64,000 nucleotides of DNA, taken from an uncultured Chloroflexia bacterium (GTDB lineage: Bacteria; Chloroflexota; Limnocylindria; Limnocylindrales; CSP1-4). Numbering within the stretch: the first letter of the stretch is position 1; every line of letters begins with the position of its first letter. The notes under the pieces are model-generated. The model saw only the letters and a list, made by a program, of their open reading frames with translations. It was not told the DNA's origin and made no database searches. The stretch is from contig CAVTIN010000015.1 in NCBI GenBank assembly GCA_963734895.1, forward strand, positions 72,628 through 136,627. Reading direction: 5' to 3'. Made by a program: the position numbers and the translations under genes. This document shows positions 9,705 through 18,283 of this stretch, one piece after another.

Positions 9705-11157
9705 TCCCACTCTCGCGCGTGACGGCGTCGCGGACGACGCTCCCCGCCACGATCCGACCGTGGGTCCAGGCGTTGCCGACCGGCTCGTCATCTTCGGCGC
9801 CACCGGCGACCTTGCTCGCAAGAAGCTCCATCCCGCGCTCTACCGGCTCGCGGCGCAGGGCCGCCTCCAGGTTCCGGTCATCGGCGTAGCGCGGTCGTCG
9901 TGGAGCGACGAGCAACTCCGTGAGTACGCACGGGAATCCGTCGTCACCAAGCTCGGCCGGGTGCCGGAGGAGGCGCTCGAGGCATACGCGAAGCACCTGT
10001 CCTACGTGAGCGGCGACTACGGCGATCCCGCGACCTACGAGCGCATCCGGGAGAGCCTGGGCCCGGCGCGCCACCCGCTGTTCTACCTCGCAATCCCGCC
10101 CAGCATGTTCGACCGCGTGATCGGCGGCCTCATGGCGGCCGGCCTCCACGAGGGCGCCCGGGTGGTCGTGGAGAAGCCGTTCGGCCGCGACCTCGCGTCG
10201 GCACGAATGCTGAACGCCGACCTGCACCGGGCGTTCCCCGAGAGCGCGATCTACCGGATCGATCACTACCTGGGCAAGGAGACGGTCCAGAACCTGCTCG
10301 CCTTCCGCTTCGCGAACGCGCTGCTCGAACCGGTGTGGAACCGGCGGTACGTCGCCGGGGTACAGGTCACCATGGCCGAATCCTTTGGCGTCGAAGGGCG
10401 CGGCGCGTTCTACGAGGAGGTGGGGGCGTTGCGGGACGTCGTCCAGAACCACCTGCTCCAGGTCGTTGCCCTGCTCGCCATGGAGCCGCCGGTCGGCACC
10501 GATGCCGACGCGCAGCGCGACGAGAAGGTCAAGGTCTTCCGCGCGACCAGCATCGTGGACCCGGAGAGCGTCATCCGCGGCCAGTACCAGGGTTACCGCG
10601 ATGAGGCCGGCGTGGCTCCCGACTCGGACGTCGAGACCTATGTGGCCCTGCAGCTCGGGATCGAGTCCTGGCGCTGGGCGGGCGTCCCGTTCTTCGTGCG
10701 GGCGGGCAAGCGCCTCGACGAGACCGCGCTCGAGGCCGTGATCGAGTTCAAGGGGCCGCCGCGCCTGCTGTTCGCGGAGGCCGGCACCCCCAGGCCGCAT
10801 CCCAACCACCTGCGGCTGCGACTTGGCGGTGGCGGCGAAGGGATCGAGCTGTCGCTCCAGGCCAAGGTCCCGGGAGAGACGATGGAGACGCATGCGGTTC
10901 CGCTCTCGTTCTCCTACGGGAAGGCGTTGAGCGAACAGGCTGAAGCCTACGAGCGGCTCCTTGCGGACGCGATCGAGGGGCGCCAGGCGCTGTTCGCCCG
11001 CCAGGACGGCGTCGAGGAGTGCTGGCGGATCATCGAGCCTGCGCTCCGCCCGATCCGGCCGGTCCGGACGTACCCGTCGGGGTCATGGGGTCCGGATGTC
11101 GGCGACGAAACGGCGAGCCCGGCGGGCGGCTGGCACGTCCCGGAGAACCTGCACTAG
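9697..11157 (+). CDS. zwf: Glucose-6-phosphate dehydrogenase
   Basis: [19 protein letters not shown] (NADP site) and the [21 protein letters not shown] signature. An alternative ATG exists at 9685. Confidence 0.95.
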   Translation: MADPTLARDGVADDAPRHDPTVGPGVADRLVIFGATGDLARKKLHPALYRLAAQGRLQVPVIGVARSSWSDEQLREYARESVVTKLGRVPEEALEAYAKHLSYVSGDYGDPATYERIRESLGPARHPLFYLAIPPSMFDRVIGGLMAAGLHEGARVVVEKPFGRDLASARMLNADLHRAFPESAIYRIDHYLGKETVQNLLAFRFANALLEPVWNRRYVAGVQVTMAESFGVEGRGAFYEEVGALRDVVQNHLLQVVALLAMEPPVGTDADAQRDEKVKVFRATSIVDPESVIRGQYQGYRDEAGVAPDSDVETYVALQLGIESWRWAGVPFFVRAGKRLDETALEAVIEFKGPPRLLFAEAGTPRPHPNHLRLRLGGGGEGIELSLQAKVPGETMETHAVPLSFSYGKALSEQAEAYERLLADAIEGRQALFARQDGVEECWRIIEPALRPIRPVRTYPSGSWGPDVGDETASPAGGWHVPENLH

Positions 11158-11186
11158 CCGCGGCATCCGGCTCGAGCCCGATATGG

Positions 11187-11216
11187 ATCGACCCCCGGTG
11201 ATTGCCGGGGGTCGAT
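11187..11216. terminator. Perfect 12-bp stem hairpin between convergent genes
   Basis: ATCGACCCCCGG-tgattg-CCGGGGGTCGAT lies 30 nt after the zwf stop and 54 nt after the stop of the minus-strand gene. There is no U-tract, which is common in high-GC genomes. Confidence 0.5.
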
Positions 11217-11269
11217 GGTGGCGAAGGCCCGCGACGCCCCTGCTCACGAGGCGTTGGCGAGGCGGCGCG

Positions 11270-11788
11270 TCAGCGCGCGGTGCGGAAGGCGAACCGGTCG
11301 AGGACGAGGCCGAGCACCGTCCCGAACATGAACGTGTGGGCGACGAACTGGACCGCGACGTTCTGGCTGGCGGGGAACCAGCTCCAGCCGAACAGCCCGG
11401 CGAGCACGAAGAAGTTCACGATCCAGAGCGCAAGACCCGCGAGGCTCGAGACCATCAGGATCGACGCCGTCGAGCGAGCGAGCGTCCCGACCTGGGCGAG
11501 AACACCGGCCACGACGAGGCCGTACATCATTGACAGGACCATGTGGATGGCGAGGCCGGCAGCCCCGGCCGCCAGCAGCGATGTGGAGGGGTCCAGGGCG
11601 GAGGCTCCGAGCCCGATCCCGCCGATCATCCGCAGCGGCATGAAGAACGCGTCGCTGCCGTTGAGCACGGCGGCCATCACCATCTCGAACATCGCAAACG
11701 CGATGCCGGCGACGATCCCGCCGATGACCCCGACCCGAACCCAAGTTGCCGTTGCCGTTGCTCGCACGTCGAGCGTTGCCGTTGCCAT
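11270..11788 (-). CDS. Four-helix integral membrane protein, hypothetical
   Basis: ATG at 11788 lies about 10 nt after GAGG. 172 aa, hydrophobic throughout. The upstream part of ORF-track 11270..12001 is Arg/Pro-rich and was rejected. Confidence 0.6.
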   Translation of the reverse strand: MATATLDVRATATATWVRVGVIGGIVAGIAFAMFEMVMAAVLNGSDAFFMPLRMIGGIGLGASALDPSTSLLAAGAAGLAIHMVLSMMYGLVVAGVLAQVGTLARSTASILMVSSLAGLALWIVNFFVLAGLFGWSWFPASQNVAVQFVAHTFMFGTVLGLVLDRFAFRTAR

Positions 11789-11940
11789 CTTGATCACACC
11801 TCGCTGCTGTCTCGATTGGATGCCCTGACCGTAGGCAGCAACGGCGCGGAGTTCTGTGTCGCGGATCACAACCGGCATCGGGTCGCGACGTGTGGGTTCC
11901 GTCACATCCGGGCGGACCGGCCCGGGAGGAAGATGACGGC

Positions 11941-12210
11941 ATGAATTGGCTTCGATCGCTCGGCGGCGCGAAAACCGCCTGCACCCATGTCCCCGACACA
12001 CTCGCGACTCCGTCGGGCGCGCGATGCGAGGAATGCGGCAGTGGCCGCAGCCTTCGGATGTGCGCCACCTGCGGTCACGTCGGCTGCTGCGAGTCGCAGG
12101 CTGGCCACGCCCGGAAGCACTCGTTTGCGCAGGACCACCATGTGATCGTGTCCCTGCCGGTCGGCAAGGGCTTCACATGGTGCTACGTGGAGCACGCGTA
12201 CGTCGACTGA
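11941..12210 (+). CDS. UBP-type zinc-finger domain protein
   Basis: ATG at 11941 lies 9 nt after GGAGGAAG. The Cys/His pattern CTHV...CEEC...LRMCATCGHVGCC...HARKH...HH is typical of zf-UBP. Confidence 0.75.
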   Translation: MNWLRSLGGAKTACTHVPDTLATPSGARCEECGSGRSLRMCATCGHVGCCESQAGHARKHSFAQDHHVIVSLPVGKGFTWCYVEHAYVD

Positions 12211-12240
12211 TGCGCTGCGGCTCGTTCAGGAGCCGCGAGT

Positions 12241-12363
12241 CTATCGACGGATGCGGAGATACTCGTGGTAGAAGGTGGATGCCTTCTCGCGCGCGATCCG
12301 CTCGGCCTCGGTGGCGGCATTCCACTCGTCGACGAGCTGGGCGGACTCGGCTGCTTGATCCAT
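12241..12363 (-). CDS. Small hypothetical protein (40 aa)
   Basis: ATG at 12363 is preceded by GGGGGA. TAG at 12241-12243. Translation MDQAAESAQLVDEWNAATEAERIAREKASTFYHEYLRIRR, with strong GC3 bias. It is below the ORF-track cutoff. Confidence 0.3.
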   Translation of the reverse strand: MDQAAESAQLVDEWNAATEAERIAREKASTFYHEYLRIRR

Positions 12364-12411
12364 GCGTTCCCCCGTCCGCTTTGGCTCGCCGGCGAGGGTG
12401 GCTGGTGGGCG

Positions 12412-13158
12412 TCACGGTGCCGCCGCAGCCGCCAGAGCCCGTGTCCTCGGCGCAGGCTGCTCCCGGCCATCGACACCTCGCGCACCAACAAACCAGCCCG
12501 GGAGCTGTGCCACGAGATCGGGGTGCCCGTAGAGGCGAACGGATCGATCGGCGATTGCGTCCGTCCACGAGCGATCCCCGTGGGCGAGGGGGTACAGGGC
12601 GGCGGCGCTGGCTTCAACGAACACGTAGTGGTCCTCGCCGATATCCGGGTCTTGCAGGCACAGCTCTGGCTCGGTAGCGGCGGACAGCAGCAGCCACTGT
12701 CGGTCCGTCTCGTCGATGTGCAGACCGAACTCGACGACGACCGGGCGTTCCGGCAGCGCTTGACGGTCGACCCGGTGTCGCAGCCACCACAGGATCACGC
12801 TGGGATCCCGCCGAGCCATCGCCGGGTCCTCCGGCACCCAGTGTTTGGCCCAATCCCGGAGCGACATGAGCGAAGGGACAAGCTGTTCACCGGCAGGCGC
12901 CAGGCGGTATGGCGCGGATCGACCGTTCGCCGCGGGATCACGCGCGACGAGCCCGATCTCCTCGAGCTTCCGCAGCTTCCGCATCAGCACGGATCGCGAA
13001 ACGTGACCCGGGAGTCCGGCCGCCAGGGTATTGAAGCCCTGTGGGCCGAACTGGGCCAGCTCCCGGACGATGAGCAGGCTCCATCGGTCGCCCAGGTGCT
13101 CCACGGCCTTCGTGAACGCGCAGTACTCGGAGCTCTCGCTCGATCCCATGCCTCCCAT
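12412..13158 (-). CDS. HxlR-type winged-helix regulator with C-terminal SCP2-like extension
   Basis: YCAFTKAVEHLGDRWSLLIVRELAQFGPQGFNTLAAGLPGHVSRSVLMRKLRKLEEIGLVAR is a canonical HxlR HTH. An extra domain of about 130 aa follows. Confidence 0.85.
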   Translation of the reverse strand: MGGMGSSESSEYCAFTKAVEHLGDRWSLLIVRELAQFGPQGFNTLAAGLPGHVSRSVLMRKLRKLEEIGLVARDPAANGRSAPYRLAPAGEQLVPSLMSLRDWAKHWVPEDPAMARRDPSVILWWLRHRVDRQALPERPVVVEFGLHIDETDRQWLLLSAATEPELCLQDPDIGEDHYVFVEASAAALYPLAHGDRSWTDAIADRSVRLYGHPDLVAQLPGWFVGARGVDGREQPAPRTRALAAAAAP

Positions 13159-13181
13159 TCTCGCGCCCGTGCCAAGGTCGA

Positions 13182-13202
13182 CCAGTTCTTCGATCGAACT
13201 GG
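13182..13202. promoter_or_regulatory. Candidate operator palindrome (hxlR-like / monooxygenase divergent region)
   Basis: CCAGTTC-N7-GAACTGG is a perfect 7-bp inverted repeat. It lies 24 nt upstream of the HxlR-type gene start. Confidence 0.3.
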
Positions 13203-13280
13203 CCGCCCGTCGCCGATGTCCGCACGGTGGCCTGGCACAGACAGCACAACCCGACAGGGACGGCGCAAGCGGAGGTTTGA

Positions 13281-14426
13281 GTGGTGGCTCCTGCAGGTAA
13301 CCGACACTCGGTCATCGTCATCGGCGGCGGGCAGACAGGGCTGGCTGCGGGCTACCACCTTGCCAGGCGCGGGATCGAGTTCGTCATTCTCGAGTCAAGC
13401 GACCGGGTGGGCGACGTGTGGCGCGAACGCTATGCCTCGCTGCGGCTCTACTCGCCGGCCAGGTACGACCGCCTGCCGGGTCTGCCGTTCCCGCTGCCCG
13501 GCCACGCCTTCCCGACCGGACAGCAGATGGCGGACTACCTGGAGACGTACGCGCGGCACCATGGCCTTCCGGTCGAGACCGGCGTGCGGGTAATGGACGT
13601 TCGTGCATCCGACGACGATGACCGGTCGGGAGGCTACGTCGTGTCGACGGAAGGAGGTTCGTACGAGGCAGACCAGGTGATCGTCGCCACGGGCGCCTTC
13701 CAGCGTCCGCACGTGCCGGACTTCGCAGCTGACCTCGACCCTGCCATCCGCCAGATCCACTCGGCCGACTACCGAAGTCCGGATCAGCTCGCGGAGGGTC
13801 CGGTCCTGGTCGTCGGCCTGAGCCATTCCGGCGCGGACATTGCGCACGAGATCGCGCGCCACGGGCACCGCACGTTCGTCTCGGGCAAGGCGCACGGGCA
13901 GCTGCCGTTCTCCGTGGACAGTCGGCGGACGCGCGTCTTCTGGCCATTGCTGCGCTTCCTGGCATCGAACGTGCTCACCCTTGACACGCCCATCGGCCGC
14001 AAGATGGCGCCGATGGTGCGTCATGGCGGAGGCCCGCTCCTTCGCCATCGACGTGGCGACCTCGAAGCGGCGGGCGTCACGCTGCACGACGCGCGAACGG
14101 TTGGCGTCGACGATGCCCGGCAGCCGAAGCTGGCGGATGGCACCTCGCTCAACGTCGCGAACGTCGTCTGGTGCACCGGCTTCCGGCCCGACTACAGCTG
14201 GATCCAGCTGCCCATCCTCAACGAGCACGGTTGGCCAGACCAGGAGCGAGGGGTGGTGGCTGCCACTCCCGGCCTGTACGTCCTGGGCATGCCCTTCCTC
14301 CACGGGTTCTCGTCGATGCTCGTGCTCGGCGCGGGCCGCGACGCCGCCCACGTGGTCGATCGGGTTGCCGCTCGTGCCGAGGCGCCCGGCCGGCCGGCCG
14401 GGGTGCGTGCCAGCTCGATGGCCTAG
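13281..14426 (+). CDS. FAD/NAD(P)-dependent flavin monooxygenase-like oxidoreductase (CzcO-like)
   Basis: First dinucleotide fold VIVIGGGQTGLAAG and second VLVVGLSHSGADIA. The WCTGFRPDYSW motif is typical of this flavoprotein family. GTG start. Confidence 0.85.
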   Translation: MVAPAGNRHSVIVIGGGQTGLAAGYHLARRGIEFVILESSDRVGDVWRERYASLRLYSPARYDRLPGLPFPLPGHAFPTGQQMADYLETYARHHGLPVETGVRVMDVRASDDDDRSGGYVVSTEGGSYEADQVIVATGAFQRPHVPDFAADLDPAIRQIHSADYRSPDQLAEGPVLVVGLSHSGADIAHEIARHGHRTFVSGKAHGQLPFSVDSRRTRVFWPLLRFLASNVLTLDTPIGRKMAPMVRHGGGPLLRHRRGDLEAAGVTLHDARTVGVDDARQPKLADGTSLNVANVVWCTGFRPDYSWIQLPILNEHGWPDQERGVVAATPGLYVLGMPFLHGFSSMLVLGAGRDAAHVVDRVAARAEAPGRPAGVRASSMA

Positions 14427-14637
14427 CGTTCAGCGCACGCTCGTCTCATGCCCATGTATGCGTCGGGCGCCGATCCGTCTCCGGGATGTCATCGGCCGGA
14501 GGGAGCCGGTGAGACGGCGATCGCCGGCGGCTCGTCGGCGGCCGGCGGCGATGCGGCGCGGCGGCGGACGGCGTGCCGGCAGCTTGCACCGAGCGCACGA
14601 CGGGGGCGGCCGACATACGTGGCCGCTGGCGACACGC

Positions 14638-15558
14638 CTACGAAGCAGCGCTTGTCACCCACGTCATCGGATCTCCCCAACCCAGGCCCTCGACGCCGGC
14701 CTCGCCAAGTGCCTGCACGACGAGGGTGCGGTTGTATGCCGCGAACGTCAGCACGTGGGCGATCATCCCGCCGTACGTGAAGACTTCGGCCGGCTCGCAC
14801 AACGCGTCGATGAACGTGTCGTCGAGACGACCGTCGGCGATGACGGTGCGTACCTGATCGACGAACGCGGGACCGACCCTGGCGTGGCGATGCCGCATCT
14901 GGTCGACGGACTCCCCGCTCTCGACGGCAAAGTCGTACGTGCGCATGGCGATCGCGCTCATCCACATGTCCATCTGGCCGATGAGGCGCGACAGGATCGA
15001 CCGCGTGGTCATCGTGCCGTCCTCGTTGTCGACCGAGACGCGGACGAGCTTGTCGAGCTGTTCGTCGGACAAGGTCGCAGCCTTGTCGACCATTTCGCCG
15101 ACCAGCCAGACATGGTGGTCGACCATCTTCTGCAGCAGGTCCATCGATGTCGCCTCCGTTCGTGCGGGCAGCCGCAGGCTGCCGGGCGGATGAAAGTGCA
15201 CGCCGTTGGTGCTGCCGATCAGCACCTGACCGGGCGCGGCTCGAAAGCCCGACGGCGTGAGGTGGTAGGCGCGGCGAAACGCCCGGGTGAACGCTTCGTG
15301 CGAGGAGAATCCCGCCTCGAGCGCGATGTCGAGCACGCCCGTGCCAGTCGTGATCAGCCGGTAGGCCGAACGCTCCAGCAGGATCCGACGACGGAAGCGC
15401 GACGGGCTCTCGCCCGCCTCGCTGCTCACCAGCCGGTCGAAGTGGAACCTCGACAGGTGGACGAGCGCGGCCAGGTCGGCGCCCGTCGTCAGTTCGTCGT
15501 CCAGGCGCTCGGCCAGGGCGTCGACAAAGGCGACGAAGGTGTCTCGTGGCACGTTCAT
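14638..15558 (-). CDS. AraC-family HTH fused to a DinB-like C-terminal domain
   Basis: N-terminal AraC HTH (LVHLSRFHFDRLV...ILLERSAYRL...IALEAGFSSHEAFTRAFRRAY). The C-terminal half has a DinB-like helix bundle (LLQKMVDHHVWLVGEMV...GGMIAHVLTFAAYNR). Start taken at the Met of MNVPRDT. Confidence 0.8.
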   Translation of the reverse strand: MNVPRDTFVAFVDALAERLDDELTTGADLAALVHLSRFHFDRLVSSEAGESPSRFRRRILLERSAYRLITTGTGVLDIALEAGFSSHEAFTRAFRRAYHLTPSGFRAAPGQVLIGSTNGVHFHPPGSLRLPARTEATSMDLLQKMVDHHVWLVGEMVDKAATLSDEQLDKLVRVSVDNEDGTMTTRSILSRLIGQMDMWMSAIAMRTYDFAVESGESVDQMRHRHARVGPAFVDQVRTVIADGRLDDTFIDALCEPAEVFTYGGMIAHVLTFAAYNRTLVVQALGEAGVEGLGWGDPMTWVTSAAS

Positions 15559-15754
15559 GCCGCTAGGGTGCGCCGCCATGACCACTGTGCGCTTGATCGC
15601 GTTTGCTCTTGTCTCCGGGTTTCGGGTGGCACGGACCCGTCATGGAGCCCGGAGCCGTGCAATGGGAGCGTCGACCTCGGTCCGGACCCTGGTCTTGTGG
15701 GAGCAGTACCAACTGGTCATGGCGTGGGACGGGCCGGCGGCTAGCGTCGCCTGC

Positions 15755-16375
15755 ATGAGCTCCGTTGATGGACCGGCCGGTGGGGCGACGCTCGTCCTGG
15801 AGACGCTGCCCGAAGCGCCGAGCGAGCCCGACTTCATCGCCGATGCGCCGCTCGTCGCCTTCGACGCATTCCTGACCGACCACCGAATCTACGGCTGGGC
15901 CCGGCTGGCTGCCGACCGGCTGACGGACCTGCTCAACGAGCAGGCAGAGCTCACAATCGTCAACGTCCAGCTCGAGCGATTCTCCGATGGACGCACCGAG
16001 TGGCACGAGCGCCTGGTTCTGGACCGCAGCCGCCTGGTGGCGGTTCGAGCAGGCGGCCCGAGGGGCGATCCGGCCCTTCGTCGTCACCTCCGGATCCACC
16101 CGCTCGTGGTCCAGTCCGGGCCGTACCTGATCGGCGGCTTCCTCCATGCCGATCCAGGCATCACCGCCCTCGACGGACTCCGGCTTCGACCGTCCATGGT
16201 CCCCCTGTCCATGGGTTGGCTCGAGCATTGGGTCGCCGGTCAGCGGCGCGCGCAGTGGGCTGGGACGATCATCTTCAACCGCACCCGGGTCGATGAGGTG
16301 GCGGTCGTTCGCGAGGAGGACCTCGCGTTCGACATGACGACGTATCCGATCAGCGGCGTGACGCGGATCGCGTAG
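15755..16375 (+). CDS. Hypothetical protein (206 aa)
   Basis: Within ORF-track 15539..16375. ATG at 15755 was chosen to avoid overlap with the divergent AraC gene. Coding-like bias. No family recognised. Confidence 0.45.
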   Translation: MSSVDGPAGGATLVLETLPEAPSEPDFIADAPLVAFDAFLTDHRIYGWARLAADRLTDLLNEQAELTIVNVQLERFSDGRTEWHERLVLDRSRLVAVRAGGPRGDPALRRHLRIHPLVVQSGPYLIGGFLHADPGITALDGLRLRPSMVPLSMGWLEHWVAGQRRAQWAGTIIFNRTRVDEVAVVREEDLAFDMTTYPISGVTRIA

Positions 16376-16458
16376 TCGTCCGGCCGGCGACCATCGCCAC
16401 GCCGCTCAGCACAAGGTGGGCCGGTTGGGGCGCCTGGGGCGCCGTACCCTACGGTGCC

Positions 16459-17025
16459 ATGAGCCGGTACGTGGCCCTCCTGCGCGGGATCAATGTCGGC
16501 GGCAAGAACAGCGTGCCGATGGCACGTCTCCGGGCCGTCCTGGAGGAGTTGGGGTTCAGGGACGTCGCGACCTACATCGCGAGCGGCAACGCCATCCTCG
16601 ACTCCGAGCGGAGCGCCGACGAGACGACAGCGCTGATCGAAGAGGCGCTGCCAGTGAAGTTCGCGCTGCACGACGGGCGGGTCCGGGTCCTGGTGATGTC
16701 GCAGGGGCAGCTGCAGGCCATCGTCGACAACCGGCCCGCGGGATTCGGGTCGCAGCCTGACCGCTATCACAGCGACGCCATCTTCCTGATGGGCATCGAG
16801 GCCGCGGAGGCGATGGCGATCTTCGACCCTCGCCCGGGCGTCGACGCCGTCTGGCCGGGCGAGGGGGTGATCTACTCCCAGCGGCTCAGCGCGGAGCGAA
16901 CCAGGAGCCGGCTCAGCAAGATCATGGGGACGCCGATGTACAAGTCCATGACGATCCGCAACTGGAACACCACGACGACGGTGCTCGAGATGCTTCGGGC
17001 TCGGGACGTCCGCCCGGGAGAATGA
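16459..17025 (+). CDS. DUF1697 domain protein
   Basis: MSRYVALLRGINVGGKNSVPMARLRAVLEELGFRDVATYIASGN is the canonical DUF1697 N-terminus. Confidence 0.9.
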   Translation: MSRYVALLRGINVGGKNSVPMARLRAVLEELGFRDVATYIASGNAILDSERSADETTALIEEALPVKFALHDGRVRVLVMSQGQLQAIVDNRPAGFGSQPDRYHSDAIFLMGIEAAEAMAIFDPRPGVDAVWPGEGVIYSQRLSAERTRSRLSKIMGTPMYKSMTIRNWNTTTTVLEMLRARDVRPGE

Positions 17026-17461
17026 CCTCAGGTACCAAGAGCGAGGATCGCCACCATCGATCATCGCGCCGGCCCAAGGGTCGTGGGCCGTGCCCGCATA
17101 GCCATCCACTCTCGTGATGCGTCGCGTTGCCCATATCTCGGGGCATCTGGCGAACCCGTGCGCCGCCTCCAGCCAGCGCGTCAGCCACGAGGTTGGCCCC
17201 GCCGAGGGCATGACGCTCGAGATCGAGGGTGTGAGTGCGGAAGTCGGAGGCTCGAGTGGAGTCGAGCCGAGGCAATTCAGGTAACGGTCCACATCGCGGC
17301 GGGGCACGGTCGGGGCGCCGGTCGCGCGGCCGGCTGATCGTTCGCCCTCGTCTGCCAGCTCGCGAATGCGCCACGCGTGCGTCCTGGTGCCGCTCGTTCG
17401 CTGAGCCTGATCGCGGCCTCCGCCTGCCATCGATGCACCTGCAGCGCGCGGCACGATCGCC

Positions 17462-17857
17462 TCAGCTCGGCTCCTCGCGGCGGACCGTCGTGACCCGGTC
17501 GATGCCGCGATCGAACGAGGCGATGACCCCGACCCCGGTGCGTTCCGCGCTGGCGACGAGGTACGCATCGGCGAAGTCGAGCCGGTGGACGTCATAGACC
17601 TCGACAGCCCGCTGGAGGAGATCGACATCGAGGACACGGATGGCGGGGAAGGCCAGCACGGAGCGGAGCGTCGCGGCCACCTGCGAGCGAGGGGCCTCGT
17701 AGAACGACTCGAGAACGTAGGCCACCTCGGCGAGGATGAGATCGGGCAACAGCAGCTCGTCGGCGCCCTGCAGGTAGCGGGTGGCGCGGGCGGCCTGGGC
17801 CGGCGGGTCACCGGTCAGATGACGGACGAGGACGTTGGTGTCGACGAACGCGGTCAC
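17462..17857 (-). CDS. vapC: PIN-domain toxin VapC
   Basis: GTG at 17857 overlaps the antitoxin stop (GTGA). The PIN acidic residues are in context: FVDTNVL, LAEVAYVL, FADAYL, SFDRG. Confidence 0.85.
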   Translation of the reverse strand: MTAFVDTNVLVRHLTGDPPAQAARATRYLQGADELLLPDLILAEVAYVLESFYEAPRSQVAATLRSVLAFPAIRVLDVDLLQRAVEVYDVHRLDFADAYLVASAERTGVGVIASFDRGIDRVTTVRREEPS

Positions 17858-18102
17858 CGTCGCCTGGGCGCGCGGGTCCGCCGCGTCTGGCGCAGGACCT
17901 CCGCCCACGGGGTCCCGCGCTTGGCCGCCGGCACCGTCACCGATCCCGAGAGGGCGAGCAGGTCCGGGGTCCGCGCCAGAACGGCATGATCGCCCTCCAC
18001 CCGGAACACGATCCGGTCCCCCTGCTCCAGAGACAGCGCCTCGCGGACCGCACGCGGCACGGTCACCTGGCCTTTCGAGCTGAGCCGCGCCGAGACCTCC
18101 AT
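17854..18102 (-). CDS. vapB: AbrB/SpoVT-type antitoxin VapB
   Basis: LSSKGQVTVPRAVREALSLEQGDRIVF is the SpoVT/AbrB swapped-hairpin motif. AAGGAG lies 8 nt before ATG at 18102. It sits directly upstream of vapC. Confidence 0.85.
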   Translation of the reverse strand: MEVSARLSSKGQVTVPRAVREALSLEQGDRIVFRVEGDHAVLARTPDLLALSGSVTVPAAKRGTPWAEVLRQTRRTRAPRRR

Positions 18103-18111
18103 GACCTCGCT

Positions 18112-18136
18112 CCTTACATCACCAATGATGTAAAGG
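18112..18136. promoter_or_regulatory. Candidate VapB operator
   Basis: ccTTACATCAccaaTGATGTAAagg has a perfect core TACATCA-N4-TGATGTA. It starts 10 nt upstream of the vapB ATG and overlaps its RBS. Confidence 0.45.
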
Positions 18137-18246
18137 TACCACCGCCCGCGACCGGCCGCGAGGCGTCAGCCTCTGCCTGCGGCATAGTCCGGGAAGGGGC
18201 CGAGAGCGGGCGCGCCACGCCTTGAACGGGACTGCGGGTTATCGAC

Positions 18247-18283
18247 TTGCCATCCCGCAATGTGCAGGTTATTATCCTGCACA
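18247..18283 (+). promoter_or_regulatory. Leaderless-type promoter of fic with embedded palindrome
   Basis: TTGCCA (18247-18252), a 17-nt spacer, then TATTAT (18270-18275). The ATG at 18283 begins 7 nt after the -10 element. The inverted repeat TGTGCAGG-N7-CCTGCACA (18261-18283) brackets the -10 element and touches the ATG. Confidence 0.45.

Noticed and set aside
16240-17811. 523-aa minus-strand ORF spanning the DUF1697 gene, the 17.0-17.46 kb gap and vapC
   Set aside because: It overlaps two well-supported genes in other frames or on the other strand and has a Ser/Arg/Pro-rich composition. Only a short HTH-like stretch in the gap was kept, as a low-confidence observation.
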